Notes: generated from the sequence alone by a model not told the origin. Numbered from the stretch's first letter, positions 8,500 to 18,907 are shown. The stretch is 64,000 nucleotides of DNA from Candidatus Latescibacterota bacterium (GCA_965116875.1 OZ220733.1:2976001-3040000), one strand, 5' to 3'. Numbers and translations: made by a program.

Positions 8500-9583
8500 G
8501 TTCGCTGCGTCCGCTCTTCCGGCGCCCGATCTGGTCTACGACTCGCGAATTGAGCCTTTCACAATGAATTCATCTGGCGGCGGACGACCTCACACCGTAC
8601 GGGTGATCACGGGGGCGAGCGGGCAGATCGGTGGGGTGTTGGCGCGGGCTCTCGCCGACAAGTACGGGCCCCGTCAGGTTCGTGCGATCTTTCGGAAGCG
8701 TCGAGGGACGGCGGCGGATCTCGACGTCGCATGGGTCAAGGGCGACATTCTCAGCAAGCAATCGCTGATCGCCGCCTTCGCGGGCGCGGAGACTGTGTTC
8801 CATTTGGCCGCGTTGGTCTCGATCGGTACCGTCAGGGCACAGGAATTCCATCGCACGAATGTCCTGGGCACCCGCAACGTCGTGGAAGCGGCCCTCGAAT
8901 GTGGGGTGAGACGTCTGGTTCATGTCTCCTCGATCCACGCTTACGACCCGTTCCCGCTGGACGAAGTGCTTGACGAGAGTCGCCGCCCCGCGGACAGCCC
9001 GCGCGACGCGCCGTACGACCGTTCGAAAGCCGCCGGCGAAGCGGAGGTCCGGCGCGGTATCGACCGCGGTCTGGACGCCGTAATCCTGAATCCAACCAGC
9101 GTGATCGGCCCCTATGACGGCGCCCCGTCGCCTATGGGGCAGTTTTTTCTCGACCTCCACCGCAGGCGTCTTCCCGCACTGATCGCGTCTGGCTACGACT
9201 GGGTTGACGTGCGCGACGTCGTGGCGGCCACGATGGCCGCCGAGACACAGGCGAGACGTGGCGAGAACTACATCGTCTCAGGTCACTGGCACACCGTCCG
9301 CGAACTGGCGGAGCTGTCTCAGCAGGCGACCGGGGTAGCCGCACCTCGCCTCCAGTTCCCGATGTTCGCCGCCCGGTTATGGGCGCCCTGCCAGGTCGTC
9401 CTGGATCGGTGTCGCGGACGTCGTCCTCTCTACACGCCGGTGTCCGTCCGCGTCATGGCCCATGGCAATCGGCGGATATCAAGCGCCAGGGCGAAGGCGA
9501 AACTCGGGTTCCACCCGCGCCCGCTCGCCGAATCGGTCAGGGACACGTACCGCTGGTTCGACGAACACGGCATGCTGGATTAA
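8492..9583 (+). CDS. NAD-dependent epimerase/dehydratase family extended SDR (3beta-hydroxysteroid dehydrogenase / HpnA-like)
   Basis: ITGASGQIG Rossmann motif, VFHLAA, TNVLGTRNV, HVSS, catalytic YDRSK, VDVRDV. GTG start overlaps the P450 stop; the true start may be the later ATG (MNSSGG). Confidence 0.85.
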   Translation: MSEFAASALPAPDLVYDSRIEPFTMNSSGGGRPHTVRVITGASGQIGGVLARALADKYGPRQVRAIFRKRRGTAADLDVAWVKGDILSKQSLIAAFAGAETVFHLAALVSIGTVRAQEFHRTNVLGTRNVVEAALECGVRRLVHVSSIHAYDPFPLDEVLDESRRPADSPRDAPYDRSKAAGEAEVRRGIDRGLDAVILNPTSVIGPYDGAPSPMGQFFLDLHRRRLPALIASGYDWVDVRDVVAATMAAETQARRGENYIVSGHWHTVRELAELSQQATGVAAPRLQFPMFAARLWAPCQVVLDRCRGRRPLYTPVSVRVMAHGNRRISSARAKAKLGFHPRPLAESVRDTYRWFDEHGMLD

Positions 9584-9681
9584 CAGTCCGTTGGAAAAGT
9601 CGCTCTGCAGGCCTGCCGGTGAAGTCTTGGCAGGCAGGTAGCCCGGATGGACTTTTTCAACGGGCTGTAAAGGTGCGTGAG

Positions 9682-10443
9682 ATGATCGAAGAGCGTCTGC
9701 ACGGGATGCTGATATGGGCTGTCGTCGCGTTGGCGCCTGTGACGTTCCTGTACCTTCTCCGCAGGCCCGCGCCCTACGGGCGCCACTACGCGGGCGCGGG
9801 CTGGGGGCCCCACGTCTCCGCCAGGCTCGCATGGATCATCATGGAACTGCCGGCGCCCGCCGCCTTCCTCGTCGTCTATCTCAACGGCAAGGGCGCTTTC
9901 CAGATCGTGCCGCTGCTGTTCCTGGTCATGTGGCAGGGCCACTATCTGAATCGGACGTTCGTCTATCCGTTTCGTGTCCGGGCATGCGGTCGGAAGACGC
10001 CCCTTCTGCTGGTCGGATCCGGCTTTCTCTTCAATGCGATCAACGCGTACCTCAACGCCCGCTTCATCTCGGAATTCGGCGAGTACGGCACTGAATGGCT
10101 AGCCGACCCCCGCTTCCTGGTCGGCGTTGGGATATTCCTCGCCGGGCTCGCGCTCAATCTCCACGCCGACAACACGCTTATGCGCCTGCGTCAACCCGGC
10201 GAGACTGGCTATGCGATACCGCAGGGCGGCGGGTTCCGCTTCGTCTCGTGTCCGAACTACCTGGGGGAAATCCTCGAATGGGCGGGCTGGGCGGTGGCGA
10301 CCTGGTCGTCGTGCGGCTTTGCATTCATGCTGTTCGCATTCGCCAATCTCGCCCCGAGGGCGTGGAGCAACCACCGATGGTATCGAGAGACGTTCAGCGA
10401 TTATCCGGCACATCGCAGGGCCCTGATACCGGGCATCTGCTGA
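9682..10443 (+). CDS. 3-oxo-5-alpha-steroid 4-dehydrogenase (steroid 5alpha-reductase, SRD5A/DET2-like)
   Basis: APYGRH, AWIIMELPA, HYLNRT, NLHADNTL, YAIPQGGGFRFVSCPNYLGEILEW, NLAPRA..NHRWY..F..YP..R.ALIP are SRD5A family motifs; multi-TM protein. Start moved to MIEERLHG. Confidence 0.92.
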   Translation: MIEERLHGMLIWAVVALAPVTFLYLLRRPAPYGRHYAGAGWGPHVSARLAWIIMELPAPAAFLVVYLNGKGAFQIVPLLFLVMWQGHYLNRTFVYPFRVRACGRKTPLLLVGSGFLFNAINAYLNARFISEFGEYGTEWLADPRFLVGVGIFLAGLALNLHADNTLMRLRQPGETGYAIPQGGGFRFVSCPNYLGEILEWAGWAVATWSSCGFAFMLFAFANLAPRAWSNHRWYRETFSDYPAHRRALIPGIC

Positions 10444-10576
10444 CGCCTGAGCAATCCCGCGCGCCAGACGGCGCCCGTGATCCTCTGAATTGGCCAACGC
10501 GCCTTGAGTTGAAGCCGGCAGACGGCGGCGTTCGCTGAGAGCGATGTGCAGCGCGTCCGAATGGCGCCCGTTTACG

Positions 10577-13500
10577 TTACCGGACGGGAACCAGATGCAG
10601 ACGGATGGCGTAAAGCGCGGGGACGATCATCAGCAGGATTGACGTGGCGATGAGGATTCCGAAGCCCAGCGACGCGGCGAACGGGACGAGGAACTGGGCC
10701 TGAATGGCGCGTTCCAGGATGAGTGGAAAGAAGCCGAGGAAAGTCGTCAATGAAGTGAGCATAATCGGCCGAAATCGTCCCTTTGCGCCTTCGATGATCG
10801 CGGTTCGCACAGGGGTGCCTTCCTCGAGTTTCTGATCGATGAAATCGATCATCACCAGGGAATCGTTCACAACCACGCCGCTCAGACCGAAGACGCCCAT
10901 GAAGGAAACGGCGCTCAGTGCCAGCCCCAGGACCCAGTGGCCCAGGATCACGCCGATCAGACCGAACGGAATGACCGCCATGATGATGAACGGTTTGGTG
11001 TAGGACCGCAGCGGGATGGCAAGCAGCGCGAAAATCAGGAGCAGGGCAATCGCAAACCCGCGGAACAGCGCGTCGAGGGACTCGAGCTGCTGTTGCTGCT
11101 CCCCGCCAAAGGTGTACGCCAGGTCCGGGTACAGGGCGGTCAATTCCGCGAGGATCGAACTGGCGAGGATATTGTTGGCTTCGTCGCCGCTGATTACCGC
11201 CGCGTCCACGTCAGCCGTGACCGTGACCACCCGCTGTCCGTCTTTCCGCCGGATGGCAGGCGGCGACCTTCCTGAATTCATGGTGGCAACGCTGGTCACC
11301 GGCACCTCCGCTCCGCTCGGGGTACGGATCAGGTACCCTTCGATATCTGTAATGGAATTCCGCTCATCGCCGGGCAGTCGTACGTAGACCCGGACTTCTT
11401 CCCGTCCTCGCTGCACACGGACCGCTTCCTCTCCGAAAAACGCGGCGCGCGCCTGTCCGGCCAACCCCTCAAGCGTGAGACCGAGGGTCTGCGCTTCCGG
11501 CCGCAGCTGGAGCTGGACTTCCGGAACGCCCGGGGTGTGATCCGAACGTATATCGTGGACGCCTCCGATGCCGCGGAGCCCTTCGACCACGGCGTCTGCG
11601 ATCCCCAGGAGGCGCTCAGGATGCGGATGAGACAGCACGGCCTCCACGGGGTTGCCGAAGTCGATGACCTCGCCGCTGTAGGTGATACCGCGCACGTAGG
11701 GCAGCACCCCCACCTCCTCTCGCCACGCCTGCACGAAATCCACGGTGGAGATCTCTCGTTGCTGCGCGCCCAGGAGTTTGAATTCGATGGTGGCGATATT
11801 GGCTTCCGGATTCAGGGTTGGCGCGGGGTTCAGTCCGCCGCCCTGGACCCGCGGCCGCTGCCCGACGGTCACGATAACGCCGGAAAGCAGCGGCGGCGCA
11901 TCCGCGGCGCGGTCGCGAGAGAGGCGTTCGATGACCCGGTGTCCGGCGTCCTCCAGTTCCCGCGCCGCCTGGTACGTCCTGGGAGCGGTCGTACCGTCCG
12001 GCATCTCCAGAGTGACCGTGGCGAAGTCCCCTTCGACTTCGGCCGCCAGGGTCGTCGGGATGATGCCGGTTCTCACCAGAGAGAAACTCAGCACGAGCAT
12101 TCCCACCGCCCCCGCCATTGTCACCCAGGGCTGGTCGGCCGCGAACTGCAATGCCCGGTCCAGGGGGCCCTGCACGAACCGGTTCAGCAGCACATCCACC
12201 CGTCCCTGTACCCGTGCGAAGAACCGGTCGAAGGCATTTGCCGGCGCCCATTCCGGGCCGTGCATGTGCGACAGGTGGTTTGGCAGGATCAGCAGCGATT
12301 CGACCAGGGAAACCAGAAGGATGGAGATCATGATGATCGGCAGCGCCCGCCAGGACTCACCGATGCCGCCCGGGATGAACAGCAGCGGCACGAAGGCGAC
12401 CACCGTCGTGAGGACCGCGAATATCAGCGGCACCTTTATGCGCCGCGCGCCCCGGATCGCAGCCTGAACCCCGGGGGTTCCACGCTTGCGTTCGCTCTGG
12501 ATGAGTTCGGACACGACAATGGCGTCGTCAACGACGATTCCTATGGCGAGGACGAACGAGAACAGGCTTTGCGCGTTGATCGCAACGTCGAGTACCAGCA
12601 TCACCGCCAGGGCGCCGATACCCGAGACCGCAAGGCCGACGGCGACCCACATGGCAAGCCGGATCTGGAGAAACAGGCTGAGCGAGACCAGCACCAGCAG
12701 AAGGCCCAGTATGCCGTTCTTCAGGAGGATCTCGGTACGTTCCTTGAAGTCCTGTGACTCGTCGTTCCATATCGTGACGCCCACGCCGTCCGGCAGTGCC
12801 GGAATCACCTCGTCCGCCAGGTGCTCCCGCACGGCCGTGGCGACTTCCATCACGTGCTCGCCGTCGGCCCGGAAGACCTCCACGAATACAGCGGGATGGT
12901 TCTGATGCCGGACAATCAGGTCGGCTTCCTGAAAGCCGTCGCGGACTTCGGCGATATCGCCAACGCGCAGAACCGTGCCATCGCTGTTGCTGAGGAGGAT
13001 GATTTCCTCGAAGTCCTGCTGGTCGTAGTTCTGACCCAGAGTCCGGACCCTCACCTGAGATTCCCGTGTATCGATACTTCCTGCAGACAGGTCCAGAGAA
13101 CTGCGGCGAATCGTGTTGGCGACATCGTTGAGTGTCAGCCCCAGTGACCTGAGTCGATGAAGCGGCACCTCGATGGAAATCTCGTAATTCCTGACGCCGC
13201 TGACCTCCACCTGGGACACGGAGGAAAGCGTCTTGAGCTCGTCCTCGATCTGGTACGCCAATTCCTTCAGCGAGCGTTCCGGCACGTCGCCGTAGACAAT
13301 GAGCCGCATCATGCTCTGGCGATTGGTCATCTCCCAGAACAGGGGACGTTCGGCGCCGCCGGGGAAGGTCTGTATACGATTGACCGCAGACTCGATATCG
13401 TCCAGGGCCCGCGCCATGTCCGTCCCGGAATCCATCTGGATTCTCACGGACGCGATCCCCGGCGCCGCCACCGACTTGACCGCCTTCACGTCGTCCAGTC

Positions 13501-13750
13501 CGCTGACCCGGTCCTCGATCTTGACAACGATCGACTCCTCCACCTCCTCAGGCGTAGCCCCGGGATAGGCCATCGAGACTTCAATGTGATAGAAGGGGAC
13601 CGTAGGCCACGCTTCCCGCTCCAGGCCGGTCAGCGAAACCAGACCGAACGCGATAATTGCCCACATCAACAGATTGGCCGCAATGCCGTTGTCGGCCATG
13701 TAGGCGATCGGCCCGGGCCGTTCGCCGTGGCTGTGTCCGTTTGTGCTCAT
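10577..13750 (-). CDS. RND efflux transporter inner-membrane subunit (AcrB/CzcA superfamily)
   Basis: 1057 aa; YPGATPEEVE, GIVVDDAIVVSE, GVVVNDSLVMID, RFRPIMLTSLTT; two-repeat TM pattern. Confidence 0.95.
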   Translation of the reverse strand: MSTNGHSHGERPGPIAYMADNGIAANLLMWAIIAFGLVSLTGLEREAWPTVPFYHIEVSMAYPGATPEEVEESIVVKIEDRVSGLDDVKAVKSVAAPGIASVRIQMDSGTDMARALDDIESAVNRIQTFPGGAERPLFWEMTNRQSMMRLIVYGDVPERSLKELAYQIEDELKTLSSVSQVEVSGVRNYEISIEVPLHRLRSLGLTLNDVANTIRRSSLDLSAGSIDTRESQVRVRTLGQNYDQQDFEEIILLSNSDGTVLRVGDIAEVRDGFQEADLIVRHQNHPAVFVEVFRADGEHVMEVATAVREHLADEVIPALPDGVGVTIWNDESQDFKERTEILLKNGILGLLLVLVSLSLFLQIRLAMWVAVGLAVSGIGALAVMLVLDVAINAQSLFSFVLAIGIVVDDAIVVSELIQSERKRGTPGVQAAIRGARRIKVPLIFAVLTTVVAFVPLLFIPGGIGESWRALPIIMISILLVSLVESLLILPNHLSHMHGPEWAPANAFDRFFARVQGRVDVLLNRFVQGPLDRALQFAADQPWVTMAGAVGMLVLSFSLVRTGIIPTTLAAEVEGDFATVTLEMPDGTTAPRTYQAARELEDAGHRVIERLSRDRAADAPPLLSGVIVTVGQRPRVQGGGLNPAPTLNPEANIATIEFKLLGAQQREISTVDFVQAWREEVGVLPYVRGITYSGEVIDFGNPVEAVLSHPHPERLLGIADAVVEGLRGIGGVHDIRSDHTPGVPEVQLQLRPEAQTLGLTLEGLAGQARAAFFGEEAVRVQRGREEVRVYVRLPGDERNSITDIEGYLIRTPSGAEVPVTSVATMNSGRSPPAIRRKDGQRVVTVTADVDAAVISGDEANNILASSILAELTALYPDLAYTFGGEQQQQLESLDALFRGFAIALLLIFALLAIPLRSYTKPFIIMAVIPFGLIGVILGHWVLGLALSAVSFMGVFGLSGVVVNDSLVMIDFIDQKLEEGTPVRTAIIEGAKGRFRPIMLTSLTTFLGFFPLILERAIQAQFLVPFAASLGFGILIATSILLMIVPALYAIRLHLVPVR

Positions 13751-14958
13751 GGCGACTCGTCCGTCTCCGTCTGGACGGACATTCCCTCCGTGGCGAACTG
13801 GATCCCGCCGGTGATTACCGCCTGACCGTGTACCAGCGTACCTGTCACGTACACTTCATCGTTGGCGCGCTGCAATACCCGGACCGGAACGATGTTCACA
13901 ACGCCGCCTTTCACCATCCAGATCTCGTTTCCGGGTCTCAGTGATGCCCGCGGTACTTTGAAATAGCCCTCCAGCGCCAGGCCATCGATTTTCACCCGGA
14001 CGAATCCGCCTACCAATAACGGTGGATTGCCACCCGGACTGCCGATTCCATTCGACGCAACGCCCGCGGAAAACGGATCCGGAACGCGCACGATGACGTT
14101 GATGGTGCGTGATTGCTCGTCCAGGGCCGCCTCGGCCCGATCCACGAAACCTTCCCATTCATAATTCGCATCGCCGTACCGGGCAACCACCCGGGCGGCC
14201 GCGCCACGATTCCAGTCACCGGCCTTCAGACGCCACAGGTCCGGGATCAGGGCCGCGTCGCTTTCGGGCAGGGGTACGACCACTTCCACCGCATCGGAGG
14301 CGAAGAGCCGTCCCACCGGCTGGCCGGGATTGACGACCTGACCCACGTCCACGGTTTCCTCGCGCACACGGCCGTTGAAAGGCGCGGTTATCCTGGTTCT
14401 GGACAGGGCGAGCCTGGCGTCGGCAAGCCTGGCCTCGTCGCGACTCAGCGCGGCGGTTGCCGCGTTCAACTGGGGCTCTCTCAGCGTGAGAGGACTCGTA
14501 TCGGAAGGCGACGCCGGATTTCCCTTCTGTCCCGCATAAGACTCATACTGCGAGCGGGCAATCGACGCCTGTTCCTGTTCCCGGAGCAACGCCACCCGGC
14601 TGGCCGCGAGAATGGCCTCCGCTTCCTGCACCCTGAACCGATAGTGGACCTCTTCGATTCGGAACAGGCGCTGTCCGGCCGTCACCCGGCCCCCGCTCTT
14701 GAATCCCGGATCCACCCAGACCACCCGGCCGCCCACTTGAGGAACGATATCGACCTCCGCGCCGGGCCGAACGGTACCGGAACCGAATACCGGTATGGGC
14801 CCGGATCCGGCCGCAACCCGACCCGTCTGCACGAACGGTATCTGGGGAGGCTGTTCGATCCGCGTCGGTTCGGGCGACAGTAACCCCAGAAGGGCAGCCA
14901 GACCCACTGAAAACACGACAATGGCGACGGAAATCAGAATGCTGGATGTACGGGACAT
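13747..14958 (-). CDS. RND periplasmic adaptor (membrane fusion protein)
   Basis: N-terminal TM anchor, lipoyl-like halves (PQVGGRV; TRITAPFNGRV), coiled hairpin; 4-bp overlap with the RND gene. Confidence 0.93.
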   Translation of the reverse strand: MSRTSSILISVAIVVFSVGLAALLGLLSPEPTRIEQPPQIPFVQTGRVAAGSGPIPVFGSGTVRPGAEVDIVPQVGGRVVWVDPGFKSGGRVTAGQRLFRIEEVHYRFRVQEAEAILAASRVALLREQEQASIARSQYESYAGQKGNPASPSDTSPLTLREPQLNAATAALSRDEARLADARLALSRTRITAPFNGRVREETVDVGQVVNPGQPVGRLFASDAVEVVVPLPESDAALIPDLWRLKAGDWNRGAAARVVARYGDANYEWEGFVDRAEAALDEQSRTINVIVRVPDPFSAGVASNGIGSPGGNPPLLVGGFVRVKIDGLALEGYFKVPRASLRPGNEIWMVKGGVVNIVPVRVLQRANDEVYVTGTLVHGQAVITGGIQFATEGMSVQTETDESP

Positions 14959-14964
14959 GACGAT

Positions 14965-16494
14965 CTACTCCATCGGTGGTCGGGAGATGCTCCCCCCCGG
15001 CGGTTCCTGGCCGAAGGCCTGGCGGGCGTCGGGGGTCCACGCGCCGCCCAGCGCCCGGTGAAGGGCAAGCCGGGCAAGACCCAGATCGCGTTCCGCCGTC
15101 GAGAGTAAGGACAGCGCGGTCAACCGCATCTGCATTGCGGAAAGCAAAGCCTCATAGTCGACCACACCCGAAACGTACCGCTGTTCCTGCAGCAATTCCT
15201 CCGCTTGAGCCGCATTCGATCGAGCCGTCAGCAGCGAATGGCGCCGGCGGCTGGCCTCCAGCCCGGCAAGGGCGGCTTCAACCTCGTTGACGGCGGTGAT
15301 CACGGATCTCCCGTAGGCCGCGACGGCGCCTTTCAGTCCGGCTTTCGCAAGCGCAAGATTACCGCGAAGCCGGGTTCCCTGGAATACGGGTCCCAGCAGG
15401 TTCATGCTCAGATTCCGGAACCATTGCTCCGGGTTGAACCACTCGCTCGACTCCGTACTCTGCAGCCCGATGGATCCGTGAAGGGACAGTCTCGGCGCCA
15501 GGTCCGCGCGGCGGGCGCCAACCTGGAATCGGGCCGCTTCCATCCGCTGCCTCGCCGCGATAACGTCCGGACGCTGCATCAGCATACGGGTTGGAATACC
15601 CGGTGGAACGGGCTGAAGGTCGCCGTCGCCGGCCGGGGAATCGGACATCAACCGCGCGAGGTCCACACGGTGGTCTCCCATAAGCACCCGGAGCCGGCCC
15701 TCGGCATTGGCCAGCAGCGCTTCGATCTGCGGGAGTCCGGCCTGTGCGCCGCGCGCATCCTGCCGCGCCCTGAGGAGGACGCTCACGTCGGTCAGCCCGC
15801 GGTCGTAGCGGGACTCGGCCAGCGACTCTCGTTGTCCGGACACCTCCGCCATATCGGATGCCAGCGTCCGTTGCCGGCGCAGGTTGACGATTTCAAGGTA
15901 GGTCCGGACGGTTTCGGCCAGAACGCCCATCCTGGCCGTCATATAGTCCGCCTCGGATGCAAGGCGCTCGGCGCCCGCGGCCAGACCGTCGTTCCGGTTC
16001 CTGCCCCAGAAATCCAGTTCGTAGGCGAACTCCACACCGGCCGTGTAGGTCGTCAGCCCGAGTCGTTCCGGGAGCGTGATTCCCGGCACGCCGGCTGCTC
16101 CCGAACCGACTCCCAGTTCGTCCAGCTGGGCGCCGATTCCCGCGTTGGTGGGCGCGTCGAACTCGTTGACGCCGGCTGTTGGCTGAATGGATGGAAAAAG
16201 GGGCGCCCTGGCGATACGTGCCCGCGCTCTTGCCTGTTCGACGCGAGCGACCGCGGCGGCCAGGTCGAAGTTCGATGCCAGCACGCCCTCGATGATCCTG
16301 TTCAGGGCCGGGTCGGCGAACGTCTTCCACCATTCCCGCCGCTGGATGGAACCGGCGGACTCATTTCCGTCGGATTCGTCGTTCAGCGCCACGACCGATT
16401 CGGCGACCGGCGGCGCTGAACGCGGCGCCAGGGTGCAGCCGGAGACGAGAAAGCCGAGAAAAGCGGTTGTCAGTGGTTTCAGCGAATGAGACAT
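14965..16494 (-). CDS. RND outer-membrane factor lipoprotein (NodT/OprM family)
   Basis: Lipobox LVSGC, WWKTFADPALNRII, NFDLAAAVARV, YELDFWGR, RPDVIAA, ALGGAW. Start moved to MSHSLKP. Confidence 0.92.
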   Translation of the reverse strand: MSHSLKPLTTAFLGFLVSGCTLAPRSAPPVAESVVALNDESDGNESAGSIQRREWWKTFADPALNRIIEGVLASNFDLAAAVARVEQARARARIARAPLFPSIQPTAGVNEFDAPTNAGIGAQLDELGVGSGAAGVPGITLPERLGLTTYTAGVEFAYELDFWGRNRNDGLAAGAERLASEADYMTARMGVLAETVRTYLEIVNLRRQRTLASDMAEVSGQRESLAESRYDRGLTDVSVLLRARQDARGAQAGLPQIEALLANAEGRLRVLMGDHRVDLARLMSDSPAGDGDLQPVPPGIPTRMLMQRPDVIAARQRMEAARFQVGARRADLAPRLSLHGSIGLQSTESSEWFNPEQWFRNLSMNLLGPVFQGTRLRGNLALAKAGLKGAVAAYGRSVITAVNEVEAALAGLEASRRRHSLLTARSNAAQAEELLQEQRYVSGVVDYEALLSAMQMRLTALSLLSTAERDLGLARLALHRALGGAWTPDARQAFGQEPPGGSISRPPME

Positions 16495-16800
16495 GCCGGT
16501 GAACCGAAGCCAATCGACCCGGCGCTTCGGGAGGCGCCACGTCGTTTTCTGAACGTCCAGTCGAGCTTCGCGATGAAACAGTCCCGGCGGCAATGCCATG
16601 CGAGACCGCAACTTTCCATACGAAAATCTGCCCATCTTGTCAAATTAAAAATCGGATTCGGGGTCCCCATAGGCCGTCTTCCGGAGCGTGCCAGGGCGAG
16701 CCTTTTTCCTTGAATTAGTCGTTGCCAATCGTGGGTTTTCTTCATACCTTGCCGGGCCTGTACCTCGTTTTTCTCCATTTCCATGGGAGGGTAGGACGTT

Positions 16801-18762
16801 GTGGAAGCCAAACTGATCTGGTTGCTGATATTTGTGGGCCTGTACTGGGCCTATTGTCTTTTCTGGGGGTTTCGGGGGGCCCTGCGGTCGCGCACGTCCG
16901 CGGATTATTTCGTGGCCGGCCGGAGCATTGGAATCTGGGTCTTCGTGCTGGCCGCCACGGCCACCAGCTTCTCGGGCTGGACCTTCGTGGGGCATCCGGG
17001 TCTCATTCTGGAGGCCGGCCTTCCCTATGCGTTCGCTTCCTTCTATGCGCTGACGATCCCGTTTACCGGCGTGCTCTTTCTTCGGCGCCAATGGCTCATC
17101 GGGCGGGCATTTCAGCATATCACCCCCGGCGAGATGTATTCCCACTACTACGGCGGCGATACCATCCGGCTATTGACAGTTCTGGTGGCATTTCTGTTCA
17201 GCGTGCCGTATCTGGGTGTCCAGCTTCGCGCCTCGGGGTTTTTGTTCAACGTGCTCTCCGACAACCTGCTGAGCGTGGAAGTGGGTATGTTCGCCCTTTC
17301 CGCCATCGTGATGATCTACGTGGCCGCCGGAGGGCTTCGATCGGTGGCCTACGTGGACTGCGCGCAGTGCATCCTTCTGGCGTTCGGAATCGTTGCGCTG
17401 GGTTTCGTGGCCATCCACTTTGCCGGCGGATGGACCGCATTTACGGACGGAATCGGGAATCTCGTCCGGCAGGACCTCGTGTCCGGCAATGAGCTAACGC
17501 CGGCGGGGCATTCCCGTTACGTGGCGTTGCCCGGCTCAATCCAGGTTGTTTCCGAGGGGTCGAAAGCGGTTGGCGGCGTCTGGACCGGCATGATGTGTAT
17601 GACCTATATGTTCGCGCTGATGGGCATTCAATCTTCCCCCGCGTTTTCCATGTGGGCTTTTTCCAACCGTACCAGCGAACCCTTTCGCTGGCAGCAGGTG
17701 GTGGCGTCCTCGGTGATCATCGGCATCATCCTGTTTACGTTCACCATTTTTCAGGGCCTGGGCGGTAACGTACTGCTGGCCAACGGAGTTTTCGAAGAGG
17801 TGAGCCGCCCGGAACTGGTGCCCCAGTTGATCAACCTGCTGGCGGACAGCTATCCGTGGCTGGTGGGACTGCTTGCCGTTTGCGCGCTGGGGGCCATGCA
17901 GAGTACGGGGGCGGCATACATGTCCACGTTCAGCGGGATGGTGACACGGGACCTCTACCGGCGTTATGTTTCGCCAGATGCTTCGGACAGCACGCAGAAG
18001 CTCTACGGCCGCATTTTCGTGATCGTCGTTACGCTTGCGGCGCTGATCGTGGCGGCCAGGTCCACGCAGGCGATCGTGATGCTGGGCGGGCTGGCCGTGG
18101 CGTACGGATTCCAGATGTATCCGGCGCTGATGGGGCTTTGTTATTTCCGTTTCTTTACCCGCAAGGGGGTGGTATGGGGGCTGGTGGCCGGACTGGCAGC
18201 GGTGACGCTTACCGACCGCACGGTCAGCGAGGTGCTTCCCGTGATCATGGGATTTGTGAAACTGTTCCTGCCGGACCGCATCGCTTCCACCGTCAGCGAC
18301 ACGCCCTGGGGTGCGTACCCGCTGACGATTCACAGCGCGGGCTGGGGTATCTTCTTCAATATGCTGGTTGCCGTTCTTGTATCGTACCTGCGGCCTGAAA
18401 CCGGGGAGGACCGGGAGAGAAAAGCGGACCATCACCGCTTCGTTCAGGCTGTCTCGGGTATTTCGCAGGATCGGCGCAGGCATGTACCCCTGGCCTGGCT
18501 GCTCACTGTGGCCTGGTTCCTCGTGGGCTTCGGGCCCTTTGCCGTGGTCGGCAACTCGCTGTTCGGCGACCCCAACGTTCCCGCGACGTGGGGGCCGTTC
18601 GGGCTGCCATCGCTGTGGATCTGGCAGTTGTTGATGCTCGGCTTCGGCATCTTCGTCATGTGGTACCTGGCGTTTTACGTGGGGCTTTCCAGGTCGATCC
18701 CGCCCGAAAAGGTGGAGGAGGCGCGAAAGACGCACCTGGCGGAACCGGACGACGCGACCTGA
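16801..18762 (+). CDS. Sodium:solute symporter (SSS) family protein
   Basis: DYFVAGRSIG, SGWTFVGHPG, GGLRSVAYVD, AMQST; about 14-15 hydrophobic segments; GGAGG before the GTG start. Confidence 0.92.
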   Translation: MEAKLIWLLIFVGLYWAYCLFWGFRGALRSRTSADYFVAGRSIGIWVFVLAATATSFSGWTFVGHPGLILEAGLPYAFASFYALTIPFTGVLFLRRQWLIGRAFQHITPGEMYSHYYGGDTIRLLTVLVAFLFSVPYLGVQLRASGFLFNVLSDNLLSVEVGMFALSAIVMIYVAAGGLRSVAYVDCAQCILLAFGIVALGFVAIHFAGGWTAFTDGIGNLVRQDLVSGNELTPAGHSRYVALPGSIQVVSEGSKAVGGVWTGMMCMTYMFALMGIQSSPAFSMWAFSNRTSEPFRWQQVVASSVIIGIILFTFTIFQGLGGNVLLANGVFEEVSRPELVPQLINLLADSYPWLVGLLAVCALGAMQSTGAAYMSTFSGMVTRDLYRRYVSPDASDSTQKLYGRIFVIVVTLAALIVAARSTQAIVMLGGLAVAYGFQMYPALMGLCYFRFFTRKGVVWGLVAGLAAVTLTDRTVSEVLPVIMGFVKLFLPDRIASTVSDTPWGAYPLTIHSAGWGIFFNMLVAVLVSYLRPETGEDRERKADHHRFVQAVSGISQDRRRHVPLAWLLTVAWFLVGFGPFAVVGNSLFGDPNVPATWGPFGLPSLWIWQLLMLGFGIFVMWYLAFYVGLSRSIPPEKVEEARKTHLAEPDDAT

Positions 18763-18841
18763 TTCGTGCCTCAGGATTAAGAATAGTAAGGTCATTTCAT
18801 ACAGGGCGCAAATCCACACATGTGAATGTGGATTGTGATCG

Positions 18842-18876
18842 AAAAAAGGACGGGTTCCCGCGGAGCCCGTCCTTTT
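18842..18876. terminator. Bidirectional intrinsic terminator between convergent genes
   Basis: AAAAAAGGACGGGTTCC-CGC-GGAGCCCGTCCTTTT hairpin flanked by A and T tracts. Confidence 0.75.
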
Positions 18877-18907
18877 CTGCTTTCTGAATACGCTGACCTG
18901 AAGAAGC

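Noticed and set aside
9379-9681. 100-aa N-terminal extension of the 5alpha-reductase ORF
   Set aside because: It overlaps the SDR gene out of frame and is Arg/Pro-rich; family similarity begins at MIEERLHG.
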